This document shows positions 52,550 through 64,000 of a stretch of 64,000 nucleotides of DNA, in pieces. The DNA comes from the human T2T-CHM13v2.0 reference genome, Homo sapiens. Under the pieces are notes generated by a model. It was given only the letters and a program-made list of their open reading frames with translations. It was not told the DNA's origin and searched no databases. The translations under genes and the position numbers were made by a program. Where the stretch lies: the NCBI RefSeq assembly GCF_009914755.1, contig NC_060932.1. The stretch is one strand, 5' to 3'. Positions within the stretch are counted from its first letter, which is position 1. Each line of letters begins with the position of its first letter.

Positions 52550-54260
52550 TAATATGATTAAACCCAAAAATGCTAAGGACTCTACTTCTAATAATATAGA
52601 GAACACTGATAGTCCTTGGCATGAACTGTTCAGAGAGTTATGAAAAATAAATGCATTTGACGATCCTGATACGCCACTTGTGAGAGGCAAGAAAGTTTAG
52701 TGACTCTATACATAATACATTTGACCATATGCGGAGAACCAAGAAACACAATGAAGCTGGTTGGTTGCTCCTAAGTTCAGCGGACAAATTGATGAAAGAA
52801 AATTATGAACTCAGGGATTCTATTTTTCAGCTTCAGAAGCAAATACTGAGCCTCAAATCTGCTAGGACTGCCCTGAGTAAGAGTCCTATCTCCTGTAGAG
52901 AAAGAGCTGAAGTTGTGGAAAGACAGGCACAAGCTCCTATTATGTGAGTGGCTGACCTGGAACACAAAGTGCATGCACGGCCTTGTCAGGTGTCTACTGT
53001 TAAAATGAGGCCATTGATTGGAAAAGAATGAAAACCTGGATTTTGGAATAGGGACATATGGGAGGACCCTGATGAGGCTGGGGACACTGAGTTTGTAAAT
53101 GCTGATCAAACTTTTTTTGCCAGAAGAAACAGCTGCCCCATCCCCAGTAGTGGCTACATCCCCTCCCCAACACATGCTGCCATCAGCATTTCCACCTTTG
53201 TCTGAGGAGATAAACTCTGTGCTACCTGAAGCAACAGTGATGACCTCCCCTGAGGCATTTGCCAGGCAAGATAATGTTGATTCTCTGCAAGAACAACCCC
53301 CAACACCCCTATTTGCTTCTAAACTTATAACTAAAGTCCCAGCAGGAACCTAGAGGTGAGGTTGAGTGTGACCCATGAGGACATGTGCTACACTTGAAAA
53401 GTACTGCTTGAGTTTTGTAATTTATATATACAGAAATATGGAGAACAGGTATGGGAATGGATTTTAAGGGTGTGGGATAATGGTGGAAGAAACATAGTGT
53501 TGGATCAGGCTGAATTTATTGATTTGAGCCCACTAAGTAGGGACTCTGCATTTAATGCTGCAGCTTGGGGAGTTAAAAAAAAGTTTCTAACAGTTTATTT
53601 GCTTGGTTGGCTGAAATATGGATTGAAAGATGGCCCGCTGTGAGTAAGCTAGAAATGCCTGGTCTTTCTCAGTTTAATGGAGAGGAAGGGATCCAAAGGC
53701 TTAGGGAGATTGAGATGCTGTAGTGGATTAGTCACTTTAGACTTACTCATTCCCACAGGAAGGGTTCAGAAGATATACCCTTGACCAATGCCTTGTGAAA
53801 TAGATTTGTGAGGGCAGGACCTGCATCTTTGAAGAGCCTTGTAATCACTCTTCTCTGTATGACAGATCGAACAGTGGGAATTACAGTCACTCAACTACAA
53901 AATTTAAATATAATGGGAATATATAGATCCCAAGGTGGCAGGGGCCAAGTGGAGGTACTCAACGGTCAAAGGCAAGATGGGTATAGCAACTTTAATGGAC
54001 AGCAGAGACAAAGCAGCAATCAGAATAGTCTGACTCATGTAGAGCTCTGGCATTGGCTAATTAATCATGGTGTTCCTAGAAGTGAAATTGATAGGGAGAC
54101 TACTGCATTCCTACTTAATTTATATAAGCAGAAAACTTCTAGGTTGAATGGACAAAAGACTAATTCAAATTATAAAAACAGAGAATCACAGCCCTTCAAT
54201 TAATTTCCAGAGTTGAGCCATTTTACAGACCCAGAACCCCTTGAATGAAGGGCAGGCCAG
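52550..54260 (+). pseudogene. gag: HERV-L gag, disrupted
   Basis: ORF fragments 52729-52947, 53099-53353 and 53808-54203 (LTHVELWHWLINHGVPRSEID) separated by stops and frameshifts. Confidence 0.85.
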
Positions 54261-54329
54261 TCCCATTGAGGAAGGACCCCACTACACTACCGACCATTTA
54301 TGCTATTAATCTTTCTCCCACCCTTCCCC

Positions 54330-57300
54330 AAGCAGACCTCTGGCCTTTTACCAGGGTAACTGTGCACTAGGGAAATGGAAATTATCAGTCATTTCAGGGA
54401 CTACTGGACACCGGCTCTGAGTTGATGTTAATTCTAGGGGACCCAAAATGTCATCGTGGTTTTCCTGTTAAAATAGAGGCTTATGGGGAGTTTTAGCTCA
54501 GGTCTGACATACACGTATTCCAGTGGCTCCCAGACTCATCCTGTAGTCATTTCCCCAGTGCCAGAATGCATAATTGGCATAGACATACTTAACAGCTGGC
54601 ACAGCCCCCATGCTGGCTCCCTGACTGGTAGGCTGAGGACTATGATGGTGGGAAAGGCTGAACAGAAGGCAGTAGAGCTGTCTCTACCTAGGAAAATAGT
54701 AAATCAAAACCAATATCACATCCCTGGAGGGATTGTGGAGATTAGTGATACCATCAAGGACTTGAAAGACACAGGGGTGGTGATTGCCACCACATCCCCT
54801 TTCAACTCTCCCATTTGGCCTGTGCAAAAGACAGATGGATCTTGGAGAATGACAGTGGATTATTAGAAGCTTAACCAAGTGGTGACTCCAATTGCAGCTG
54901 CTGTACCAGATGTGGTTTCATTGCTTGAGCAAATTAACACATCTCCTGGCACCTAGTATGCAGCCATGGACTTGGCAAATGCCTTTTTCTCCCTTCCTGT
55001 CCATAAGGCCCACGAGAAGCAATTTGCCTTCAGCAGGCAAGGCCAGCAATATGCCTTTACTGTCCTACCTCAGGGGTATATCAACTCTCTAGCTTTATGT
55101 CATAATCTTATTTGGAGAGACCTGGATGGCTTTTCACTTTTGCAAGATATCACACTTGTCCATTACATTGATGACATTTTGCTGATTGGATTCAGTGAGC
55201 AGGAAGTAGCAAACACACTGGACTTACTGGTGAGACATTTGAGTGCCAGAGGATGGGAAATAAATCCAACTAAAATTCAAGGACCTTCTACCTCAGTAAA
55301 ATTTCTAGGGGTCCAATGGTGTGGTGCCTGTTGAAACATTCCTTCTAACGTGAAGGATAAGTTGTTGCATTTGGCCCCTCCTACAACCAAGAAAGAGCCA
55401 TGACGTCTAGTGGGCCTATTTACATTTTGGATGCAACACATTTCCCATTTGGGTGTGTTACTCCAGTCCACTTATCAAGTGACTCAAAAGACTGCCAGTT
55501 TTGAGTGGGGTCCAGAACAGGAGAAGGCTCTGCAACAGGTCCAGGCTGCCGTGCAAGCTGGTCTGCCACTTGGGCCACATAAACTAGCAGATCCAATGGT
55601 ACTTGAGGTGTCAGTGGCAGACAGGAATGCTGACTGGAGCCTTTGGTAGGCCCCCATAGGTGAATCACGGTGGAGGTCTCTAGGATATTGGAGCAAGGTC
55701 ATGCCATCTTCTGAAGATAACTACTCTCTTTTTGAGAGATAGCTCTTGGCCTGTCACTGGGCTTTGGTGGAAACTGAATTTTGACTATGAGTCATCAAGT
55801 CACCATGTGACCTGAACTGCCTATCATGAAGTGGGTGCTTTCTGACCCATCTAGCCATAAAGTGGGTCATGCATAGCAGCATTCCATCATCAAATGGAAG
55901 TGGTATATTTGTGATTGGGCTTGAGCAGGTCCTGAAGGCACAAGTTACATGAGGAAGTGGCTCAAATGCCCATGGTTGCTACTCTTGCTGCCCTGCCTTC
56001 TCTCCCCCAGCCTGCACCAATGGCCTTATGGAATGTTCCCTATGATCAGTTGACAAAGGAAGAGAAGACTCTGGCCTGGTTCACAGATGGTTCTGCATGA
56101 TATGCAGGCACCACCTGAAAGTGGACAGCTGCAGCACCACAGCCCCTTTCTAGGACATCCCTTAAGGACAGTGGTGAAAGGAAATCTTCCCAGTGGACAG
56201 AACTTTAAGCTGTCCACCTGGTTGTGCACTTTGCATGGAAGGAGAAATGACCATATGTGTGACTATATACTGATTCATGGGCTGTAGCCAGTGGTTTGGC
56301 TGGATGGTCAGGGACTTGGAAGAAGCATGATTGGAAAATTGGTGACAAAGAAATTTGGGGAAGAGGTATGTGGATGGACCTCTCTGAGTGGTCCAAAACT
56401 GTGAAGGTACTTGTATCCCATGTGAGTGCTTGCCAGTGGGTAACCTCAGCAGAGGAGGATTTTAATAATCAAGTGGATAGGATGACCTGTTCTGTGGACA
56501 CCACTCAGCCTCTTTCCCCAGTCTCCCTTGTCATTGCCCAATGTACCCATGAACAAAGTGGCCGTAGTGGCAAGGATGGTGGTTACACATGGTCTCAGCA
56601 ACATGGAATTCCACTCACCAAGGCTGATCTGGGTATGGCCACGGCTGAGTGCCCAATTTGCCAGCAGCAAAGACCAACACTGAGCCCTCGATATGGCACC
56701 ATTCCTTGGGGTGATCAGCCAGCTCTCTGGTGGCAGATTGATTATATTGGACCTCTTCTGTAATGGAAAGGGTAGAGGTTTGTCCTCACTGGAATAGACA
56801 CTAACTCTGGATATGGATTTGCCTGTTCTGCATGCAATACTTCTGCCAAGACTACCATCCGTGGACTCACTGAATGCATTATCCATCATCATTGTATTCC
56901 ACACAGCATTGCCTCTGACCAAGGCACTCACTTTACTGCTAAAGAAGTGTGGCAGTGGGCTCATGCTCATGGAATTTACTGGTCTTACCATGTTCCCCAT
57001 CATTCTGAAGTAGTTAGATTGATAGAATGGTGGACAGGCCAGTTGAAATCACAATTGCAATGCCAACTAGGCAACAATACTGTGGAGGGCTGGGGCAAAG
57101 TTCTTCAGAAGGCCATGTATGCTCTGGATCAGCATCCAATATATGGTACTGTTTCTCCCATAGCTAGGATTCACGGGTCCAGGAATCAAGGGGTGGAAGT
57201 GGAAGTGGCACCACTCACCATCACTTCTCGTGATCCACAAGAAAAATTTTTGCTTCCTGTTCCTGCGACATTACGTTCTGCTGTCCTAGGGGTCTTAGTT

Positions 57301-57601
57301 GCAGAGGGAGGAACACTGCCACCAGGAGACACAACAACAATCCCTTTAAACTGGAAGTTAAGATTGCCACCTGGACACTTTTGGCTCCTTCTACCTTTAA
57401 ATCAGCAGGCTGAGAAGGGAGTTACAATGTTGGCTGGGGTGACTGACTCGGACTATCAAGATGAAATCCATCTACTACTCCACAACGGAGGTAAGAAAAA
57501 GCATGCATGGAATATGGAAGATCCATTAGGGTATCTCTTAGTCTCTTAGTATTACCATGCCCTATTATTAAGGTCAATGGCAAACTACAACAGCCCAATC
57601 C
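54330..57601 (+). pseudogene. pol: HERV-L pro-pol-dUTPase, disrupted
   Basis: Protease LLDTGS at 54401-54418; [28 protein letters not shown]; integrase CPIC and WQIDYIGPL; dUTPase GVTDSDYQDEI; many stops. Confidence 0.95.
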
Positions 57602-59286
57602 TGAAGGGTCTGGTTCATTGGTAGTCCTGTCTGAGTGACCCACTTAATTATTATATCTATAGACACTTCTACATAATCTGTGAATATAAACACATTAAAA
57701 CACAAATAACGGAATGATAAATTATTGCGTATCAGAATTTGAGACATAGCTGAAACAGTACTTAGAGAAAAAGTTGTAAACTTAAATATTTATATTGGAA
57801 ATGAAACACAACTGAAATTAAATGACAATAGTATTTATCTGAAGTAGATGGAGAGAGAACAGAATAAGCCTAAGGAAACTAGAGGGAAAGAAACATTAAT
57901 TAAATCATGGCAGAAGTTAATACAATGGAAAAGAAAGATATAATCAAGGGGATAAAGCTAAAAGTTTGTTGTTTGAAACAAAACCTCTATAAAGATTAAT
58001 CAAGAAAAAATGCAAAAGGCAACAATAAACAGCAAATAATATTAAGGATAAAAAGGGAGTATAGAAACAGATTGAAAAGAGATTAAAAAGAATAAGAGGA
58101 TATCTGAAATAACATATTCCCATTGATTTAGAAATTGGGATAAAATGAGAAATTTCCTAGAAAGATAAAAATAAATTAAACCTTCTCAGGAAGAAATTGA
58201 AATCCAAATGATACATTCAATCAGTAATTAGAAGTCTTTACACAAAGAAAATATCAATTCCAGATGGGTTTACATGTGACTTTTACCATATATTTAAAGA
58301 ACATAAATTAAACAATTAAAAGCCTCAATAAAATATTTTAAGTGCAAAGGCAAATAAATAAAACTGCCCAACTCTTTATTAAGACTAGTATAAAGTTCTC
58401 ACCCAAAGCTAAGAAGAACAAAACATAAGAAAGGAGTCTCATGAGCCAATTTCACTAGCAAACAATGATGTAAAATCCTAGTAATATTAACAATGTATGA
58501 AAGAATTAACAATGTATACATGACATGACACATCATGGCCAAGATATATTTATTCTAGGAATGCAAGATTGTTTCAATATCAGAAAATCTCTTTTAAAGA
58601 TTCATTTACTAATAAAATTTATTGCATTGCAGATTTAAAAAAGGAAAATCATATGATCTTCTCAATATAAGATCTACTATGTAGAAAAAATTTGATAAAT
58701 TTTACATAATTTATAATAAAAAGAGAACTCAGCATGTAATGGAAGTTCCTTATTGTAAAAAAAAGGGGTATCTATAAAAAATGAACAAAACAGAAAAGTG
58801 ATAGTATATATCAGACTCAACACTGAAATAATAGAAGGTTTTAGTTCCAATGAATACAAGGAGACATGCTCACTCTCCCCATTACTATTCCACATTGCTC
58901 TCAGCATTAATAATAACAAGAGTATAACAATAATCACAAATACAAATGGATATAAGATTCAAGGTTTGTACAGGAAGATACAAAACTTTAACATTTAACA
59001 TGCAAAATATTCTCCATAGAAAACCTTAAAGAATTCATAAGAGAAGTTAATACTTTATTTAGGAAATTAAATAATTTTTTGAAGATATTACCTAAATAAT
59101 TGGAGAAACATACAGTGTTCATATAGGGAGAGAATAAATAGCATAATGATTTCAGTTCTATTTATTTTATAGTCTCAGTACAATGACAAAGAATCAGAAC
59201 AAGATGTTTTCACAGAACTTGTCAAGCTGATTCTAAAATTTATGTGGGTGAGCAAACTGAAAATTAACAGTGAAGATACTTGTAAA

Positions 59287-59535
59287 TAATAATAATAATA
59301 ATGATATAGTAACAAATAAGTATGTGGTACTTACTGTCAGGAACCATTCTAAGTGTTATACAGTTATTAATTTATTCAATCAGAGAAAGCATACACAATA
59401 AGTTCTATTATTTTCTCATCCTGTCTTGCAGATACCAAACTGGAACCCAGAGAAGGTAGGTAACTTGCTGAAGTGACACTGTGACAGAGGGAAACCCTAA
59501 TACATAGCACTGGAGCACACCTCCACAACACATTT
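59287..59535 (-). mobile_element. MIR SINE inside the old L1
   Basis: (AAT)n tail, ccattctaagtg, cccagagaaggtaggtaacttgctgaagtgacac. Confidence 0.75.
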
Positions 59536-59890
59536 CTAGAATAAGAGGATATAGGGAGAACCATCTCTGCCAGAATTGAGACTTATTACAAAGTTATAGC
59601 AATTGCGACCTTGTGATGTTGGTACAGGATAGATCAAAAGATCAGCATGATAGAAAAGAGAACCCAGCAACAGACCAGTATTTCAAACAAAAGACTAAAC
59701 ATGGAAGTTTATGCCGTATGTCAATGGGGGAAACAATGGATGAGTCAACAAAATTGCAATTAGAAAATTGGTTACATAAATGGTATTTTTTAAAAAACTG
59801 AAATAATTTCCTCCCTCATACCAGTCACAAACTTAATTTCAGAAAGAATAAGGACTTCCACTGTAGAAGGCAAATCTTTGAAACATATGT

Positions 59891-60498
59891 ATAGGAGGAG
59901 ATAGGATAATTTATTTATGTCTTTTTCCTCATCTATATATAAAAAATGTTATATATAATATATAATGTTATAATTAAACACATATATAATGTTACATATT
60001 ATATATAATGCTATAATCAAACATATATGTTTAATTATATAAACATGTAACATTATAATTAAACATATAAATGTTTAATTATATAAATATATAATGCTAA
60101 TGTAACAATATAATATTAAATGTCATAATTAAACATACATATGTTTATAACATTAATTTTAAATATTCTGTCTAGAAAGGATATTAATAATTACTATATA
60201 TAATTATTATATATTACATATAAGTATTAATACAATAATTATGTTAATTTATTAATATTCTAATTTATGTCCTATAGAGAGAGAGAGAGAGAGGGGAGAG
60301 GAGGATCTAGGATAATTTATTTATATAATAAAATATATATTATATAAGTAATATATATTAGATATTATATATAATATATATTATATAAAATATATAATAT
60401 ATGAATATATATATATAATCCTACATCCCCTATATATGTAAGTATATGTTATGTATATATATGAGATATATACTTACGTATATATAGGAGATGTAGGA
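59891..60498. repeat. AT-rich expansion with duplicated and inverted flanking motifs and a short (GA)n
   Basis: taggataatttattta occurs twice; imperfect inverted repeat 60419-60447 versus 60468-60498. Confidence 0.9.
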
Positions 60499-61418
60499 AA
60501 ATTTCTTTATGGTCTCTGGGTAAGAATGATTTCTTAGTATACAGAAGTTCAGTATATAAAAGAAAAGATTGATATATTTTGATTACATTAAAAATTAAAA
60601 TGTATACATTTTTTGTTCATCAAAGACACCATAAAGAGAGAGAAAGGAAAAGCCACAAACTGGGAGAAAACTGCAACACATATAACTGTTGAAGAACTTC
60701 ATTTTATACTGTCGTGACAATAAAAGTGAAATCATGTTGAGAAAAGTCCTTAATTTCTACCTTCATCGTTTATTTCTGAAGCACATCTTTATAGTTTATA
60801 TAAGCTCATAGAAAATTAATATTCCACAAAATAATAAAAATTCTAATTTCATTTTTACAAATCTAGGATTAAAGGTAACTGTGTTAGTACATTTAAAGCT
60901 TTGATTTTAAAGCGGCAATTTAGGGGTGCCTTCCAGGAAATAATTTCATTCTAGTATAGTTACATTAAGGACATTATATGGGGCCCTATGTTATAATGCT
61001 AAGAACACAAAAGAAATCCTGAAGATCAGCTTGCCAGTGCCATTTCACCTCATTTCTCCCTTTATTATGTTGCCAGTATAATTTACAAAGCCTGATTCAG
61101 ACTAAATTTGGTATAAGACAAAGGAAAAAAGTAAAGGTCAGGTCAAACTGCATTGATGAAACTAGATCAAATATATGAACATTTCCAATACCCTCTCATT
61201 CTTGAAAACTATTCCATTAGTGTGGTTGTGACTAGCATTTTTAAGGTTCTCCTAGAGGTCCTCATGGTGATCAACAAAAGAACTTGTCATATAAGAACTA
61301 TATCTCTTATTTATATGAACTGTTATATGAATTCCCCATGCTCTCTCTCTCAAGGTGGTGGGAAGATTAGAAGGGGAAGACAGAGTAAAAATCAGTGACA
61401 CTCAGTCACTGTTGAAAA

Positions 61419-61433
61419 TGCTACCTAGTGGCC
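61419..61433 (-). promoter_or_regulatory. CTCF-like motif
   Basis: Minus strand GGCCACTAGGTAGCA, one mismatch from CCACTAGGTGGCA; motif match only. Confidence 0.25.
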
Positions 61434-63074
61434 TGTCATAGAGGGGATTTGCCTGCCTACTTGGTGTATGTAATTTGGTTCTGGCTCTATAGGACTTTTG
61501 GACTTTGTCTGCAGTATCCACCTTAGGCCTAGGCATTGGGTTCCCCCATCACTGAGAGTTACCTTCTTCTGAAATTTCTACCTCCTCCTCCAGTGACCAG
61601 GATAGCCTGGCCAGCAATGTGAATGGAGCCTGGACCTCGTCCTATGTGGATCCTGGTCTCCATAAGTGCCTACCTTGAAATTTTCCAAGTCCCCCTTCTG
61701 TGGGTGGTTCTCAGCAAAGCTAGTGGTGCCCCATTTTGCTGTTGTGCTCCACACCCTGCCTGAGACCCACCTAGGGCATGGCCACATTTCTTCCTTTCCT
61801 GCATGCTGTGACCCCTCTACCTGGCATGTAAGGTCAAACTGATGGCGCAAGGGTCCCCCGGACCCATGCCCATAGGATCATCTTTTTGCGAGTCTTGCTT
61901 TATTTTCCTGGCATTTACTTAACCCTCAAAACCGGTGCTGACACGGTGGCATTGAGTGACTCATACCCACGTGGTACATGGACCAGAGCAGTTCAGGGCT
62001 CTAGCCTACTGAGGGTCCATAGCCAACCCTTGGATTTGAGTTGAGCAGAGGTGAGTTACTGTGGCTCATGCAGGGTCTCTCATATGCCCATGTTGTGGCC
62101 AGATGCTGGCTCCTAGACACAGCACCCAAGAGTTGCTGGGGTGAGCCTTACCCCATACCCATGCTGCTGGCATCCAGGGCAGATATCCACAACTCCATGG
62201 GCTCTGCACCACATATCAAGCGATCCTAATTAGTATCCTCTCAAAGCCACTTATGTGTTGCCATTGTGCTCTCCCTCTAGCTGGACAGGAATGGGCATTC
62301 CTCGAGAAAAGACCTCCCTTCTTGCTTGACCACGGGCAAGTGATCAAGCCTAGTCTCCTCACTGGTGGTAAGTAAGAAAGGGTTCCTGGACACTGAAAGA
62401 GATCGCTTTTCAGAATTTGGTGATTACAGCCTAAAAAGTTCAAGGGAATGCATGGTTGGAAGATGAAGTTTTCTAACTTTTTATGATAAAATTCTGATGG
62501 GTAAATTTAAATTGACCATAAAATAAATTGCCATTCATGTTTTTCTGCATGTGGTCATTGTCAAGTCAGGGTAGTAACAACTTTAGGGTCATTGGAAGCC
62601 CCCATTGGAGCAAAGCATCGTTACATATGTTATTAGGGAACTGTAGAGGCAAGGAGGTCTATACAGATTCAATGAAAACATGCTCTGAATAATGTGATTT
62701 TTTAAACAACAATGTTTTTACCTTTGTCTCCAAGTGGGAAATATAACATTAGCAAGGAATAGTGTCTATGACAGTAGAGAACATGGAACAGTGAGGCCTG
62801 GATACCTCAAGGAATCTTCACATGCCCTATTTGGACTATAAAATACCTCAATCTCTCCTCTCGTCTTGTTATTATCCTCCCATTACGTCTCATGGGTCCA
62901 ATAATTTTGTATTTTTTAATCCAAATTGTTTGTAGAGGTAAGAACTCAGATCCTACACTTTCCGGGGCAGAATAGTCTATATTAACTTGTTTCTTTAAAA
63001 TTCTATCAAAGGCGTTCCTAGTTCTTCAAGTTACTATTTACCTAGACACATCATTCAGCTGGAGCAGGAGAATT

Positions 63075-63200
63075 ATTACTATTTTCATATTTGAAATGTA
63101 GAGATGGAAGGAGAATTTTTAGTGACTAGTCCAAAATCATAGTAGCTCATCTGGAAATGGAACATATTTTTGTCAATGTTCTAATATATTTCTTCTATTT
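63075..63200 (-). mobile_element. MIR fragment
   Basis: attttcatatttgaaatgtagag...tagtgactagtccaaaatcatagtagct. Confidence 0.5.
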
Positions 63201-63644
63201 TAAGATAGTGAAATGGCATTAAAGCAACACTTGATCTCAGGTACTAGTAACAGAAAAGAGCAAAGCATATTTTAGCGAAGCAGTATAAGCTCTTAGTGAT
63301 GTATTCATGATTCATTGCCTGGCAATTTCAATCTGTATCTAGGAGCATATAATACTGACTATAAATGCAATTGGAAGGCAGAAGCTAATGGTGTTAGAGG
63401 AACGAGGGGACAGTCCCAGATACAGTGGAATGCTTGAAGTGGAGTTGTGCCACTTTTTCTCCTTCCATGCATTGTGTATGACGAAGAAGCCCCTCTGTAT
63501 CTCAAGACCTCCCTCTTCAAGGCTTGAAAAAAATTTCTTGGAAATATATCAGTGTTTAATAGCTTTCTTCATGTGAGTCTCTTATACCCTTTAAGATAAT
63601 CCACTAGCATTGAGGTATATCCACCAGAACTTAGGTAAAACAGG

Positions 63645-63832
63645 TGGCAATGTGGTGCAATCAAAGACCATGGGTATTGGAGTAAGATAAATCTGAGTTT
63701 GAGTCCTAGTTTCAGCCACTCTCCAAGTACTCACCTGCAAATGTGACATAACAATGCTTACTTCACAACACAGATAATGGAGGCAAAGCACCCACCATAC
63801 ACATATGTTCAATACAAAGTAGTTATTACTAC
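63645..63832 (+). mobile_element. MIR fragment
   Basis: ttggagtaagataaatctgagtttgagtcctagtttcagccact...ctcacctgcaaatg. Confidence 0.7.
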
Positions 63833-64000
63833 TGGCTCACTGTGTAAGTCCTTAGCTGATCCTAGTCACCATAATTAATAAGTATTATTTTTTGTGTGTC
63901 ATAAATCTAGGCAGAATGGAACCATGGATGTTTGGAAGAGACTTTGGTAAACACTTCATCATTCACATAATCTATGCTACCATTATGGCCTGAAAAATTC

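Larger units (their letters stand above)
52462..57601 (+). mobile_element. HERV-L internal region, 3'-truncated (no 3' LTR)
   Basis: gag-pro-RT-RNase H-integrase-dUTPase order characteristic of ERV-L; follows the MLT2A LTR directly. Confidence 0.97.
46480..60690 (+). mobile_element. Highly decayed long ancient L1 (5' region, ORF1, ORF2) fragmented by L2, MLT1, Alu, HERV-L and MIR
   Basis: ORF1-like segment at about 49800-50500 (aattccagaagaag, gagaattttc, tagaattctatacccagtaaaactatc); ORF2-like segment at about 57650-60690 (ccaggaatgcaag-like ctaggaatgcaagattgtttcaatat, KETCSLSPLLFHIAL). Confidence 0.65.

Noticed and set aside
52729-57549. Possible domesticated or intact retroviral protein
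   Set aside because: gag and pol are broken by many stops and frameshifts; the longest piece is 200 aa, the integrase HHCC motif has lost a His, and the primer-binding site is mutated.

Overview
This window is AT-rich primate genomic DNA (AluY/S/J, LTR7, THE1A and MLT2A/HERV-L point to a catarrhine, probably human or ape). It is not prokaryotic. I see no intact protein-coding gene, RNA gene or CRISPR array, and the ORF track consists of repeat-derived or chance ORFs. Roughly half the window is recognisable interspersed repeat: L1M, L2, MIR, Alu, MLT1/MLT2 LTRs, Tigger MITEs, a complete THE1A, an ERV1 solo LTR and a 3'-truncated HERV-L. A transposon-poor block at about 26.9-38.4 kb looks regulatory. 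Splice signals suggest the 3' end of an unidentified plus-strand gene or lncRNA (31-nt exon at 27042-27072, terminal-exon candidate from 44581). The most unusual signal is a series of local template-switch or fold-back scars: a 209-bp inverted copy pasted into the (TA)n tract of the HERV-L LTR, a 78-bp inverted copy at an Alu breakpoint, a micro-inversion where HERV-L is truncated, and several smaller snap-back duplications. There is also an LTR7 whose U5 is replaced by a poly(A) tail and an AluY clipped at both ends. Repeat subfamily names come from recalled consensus sequences, not a database search. Boundaries of old repeats are approximate.
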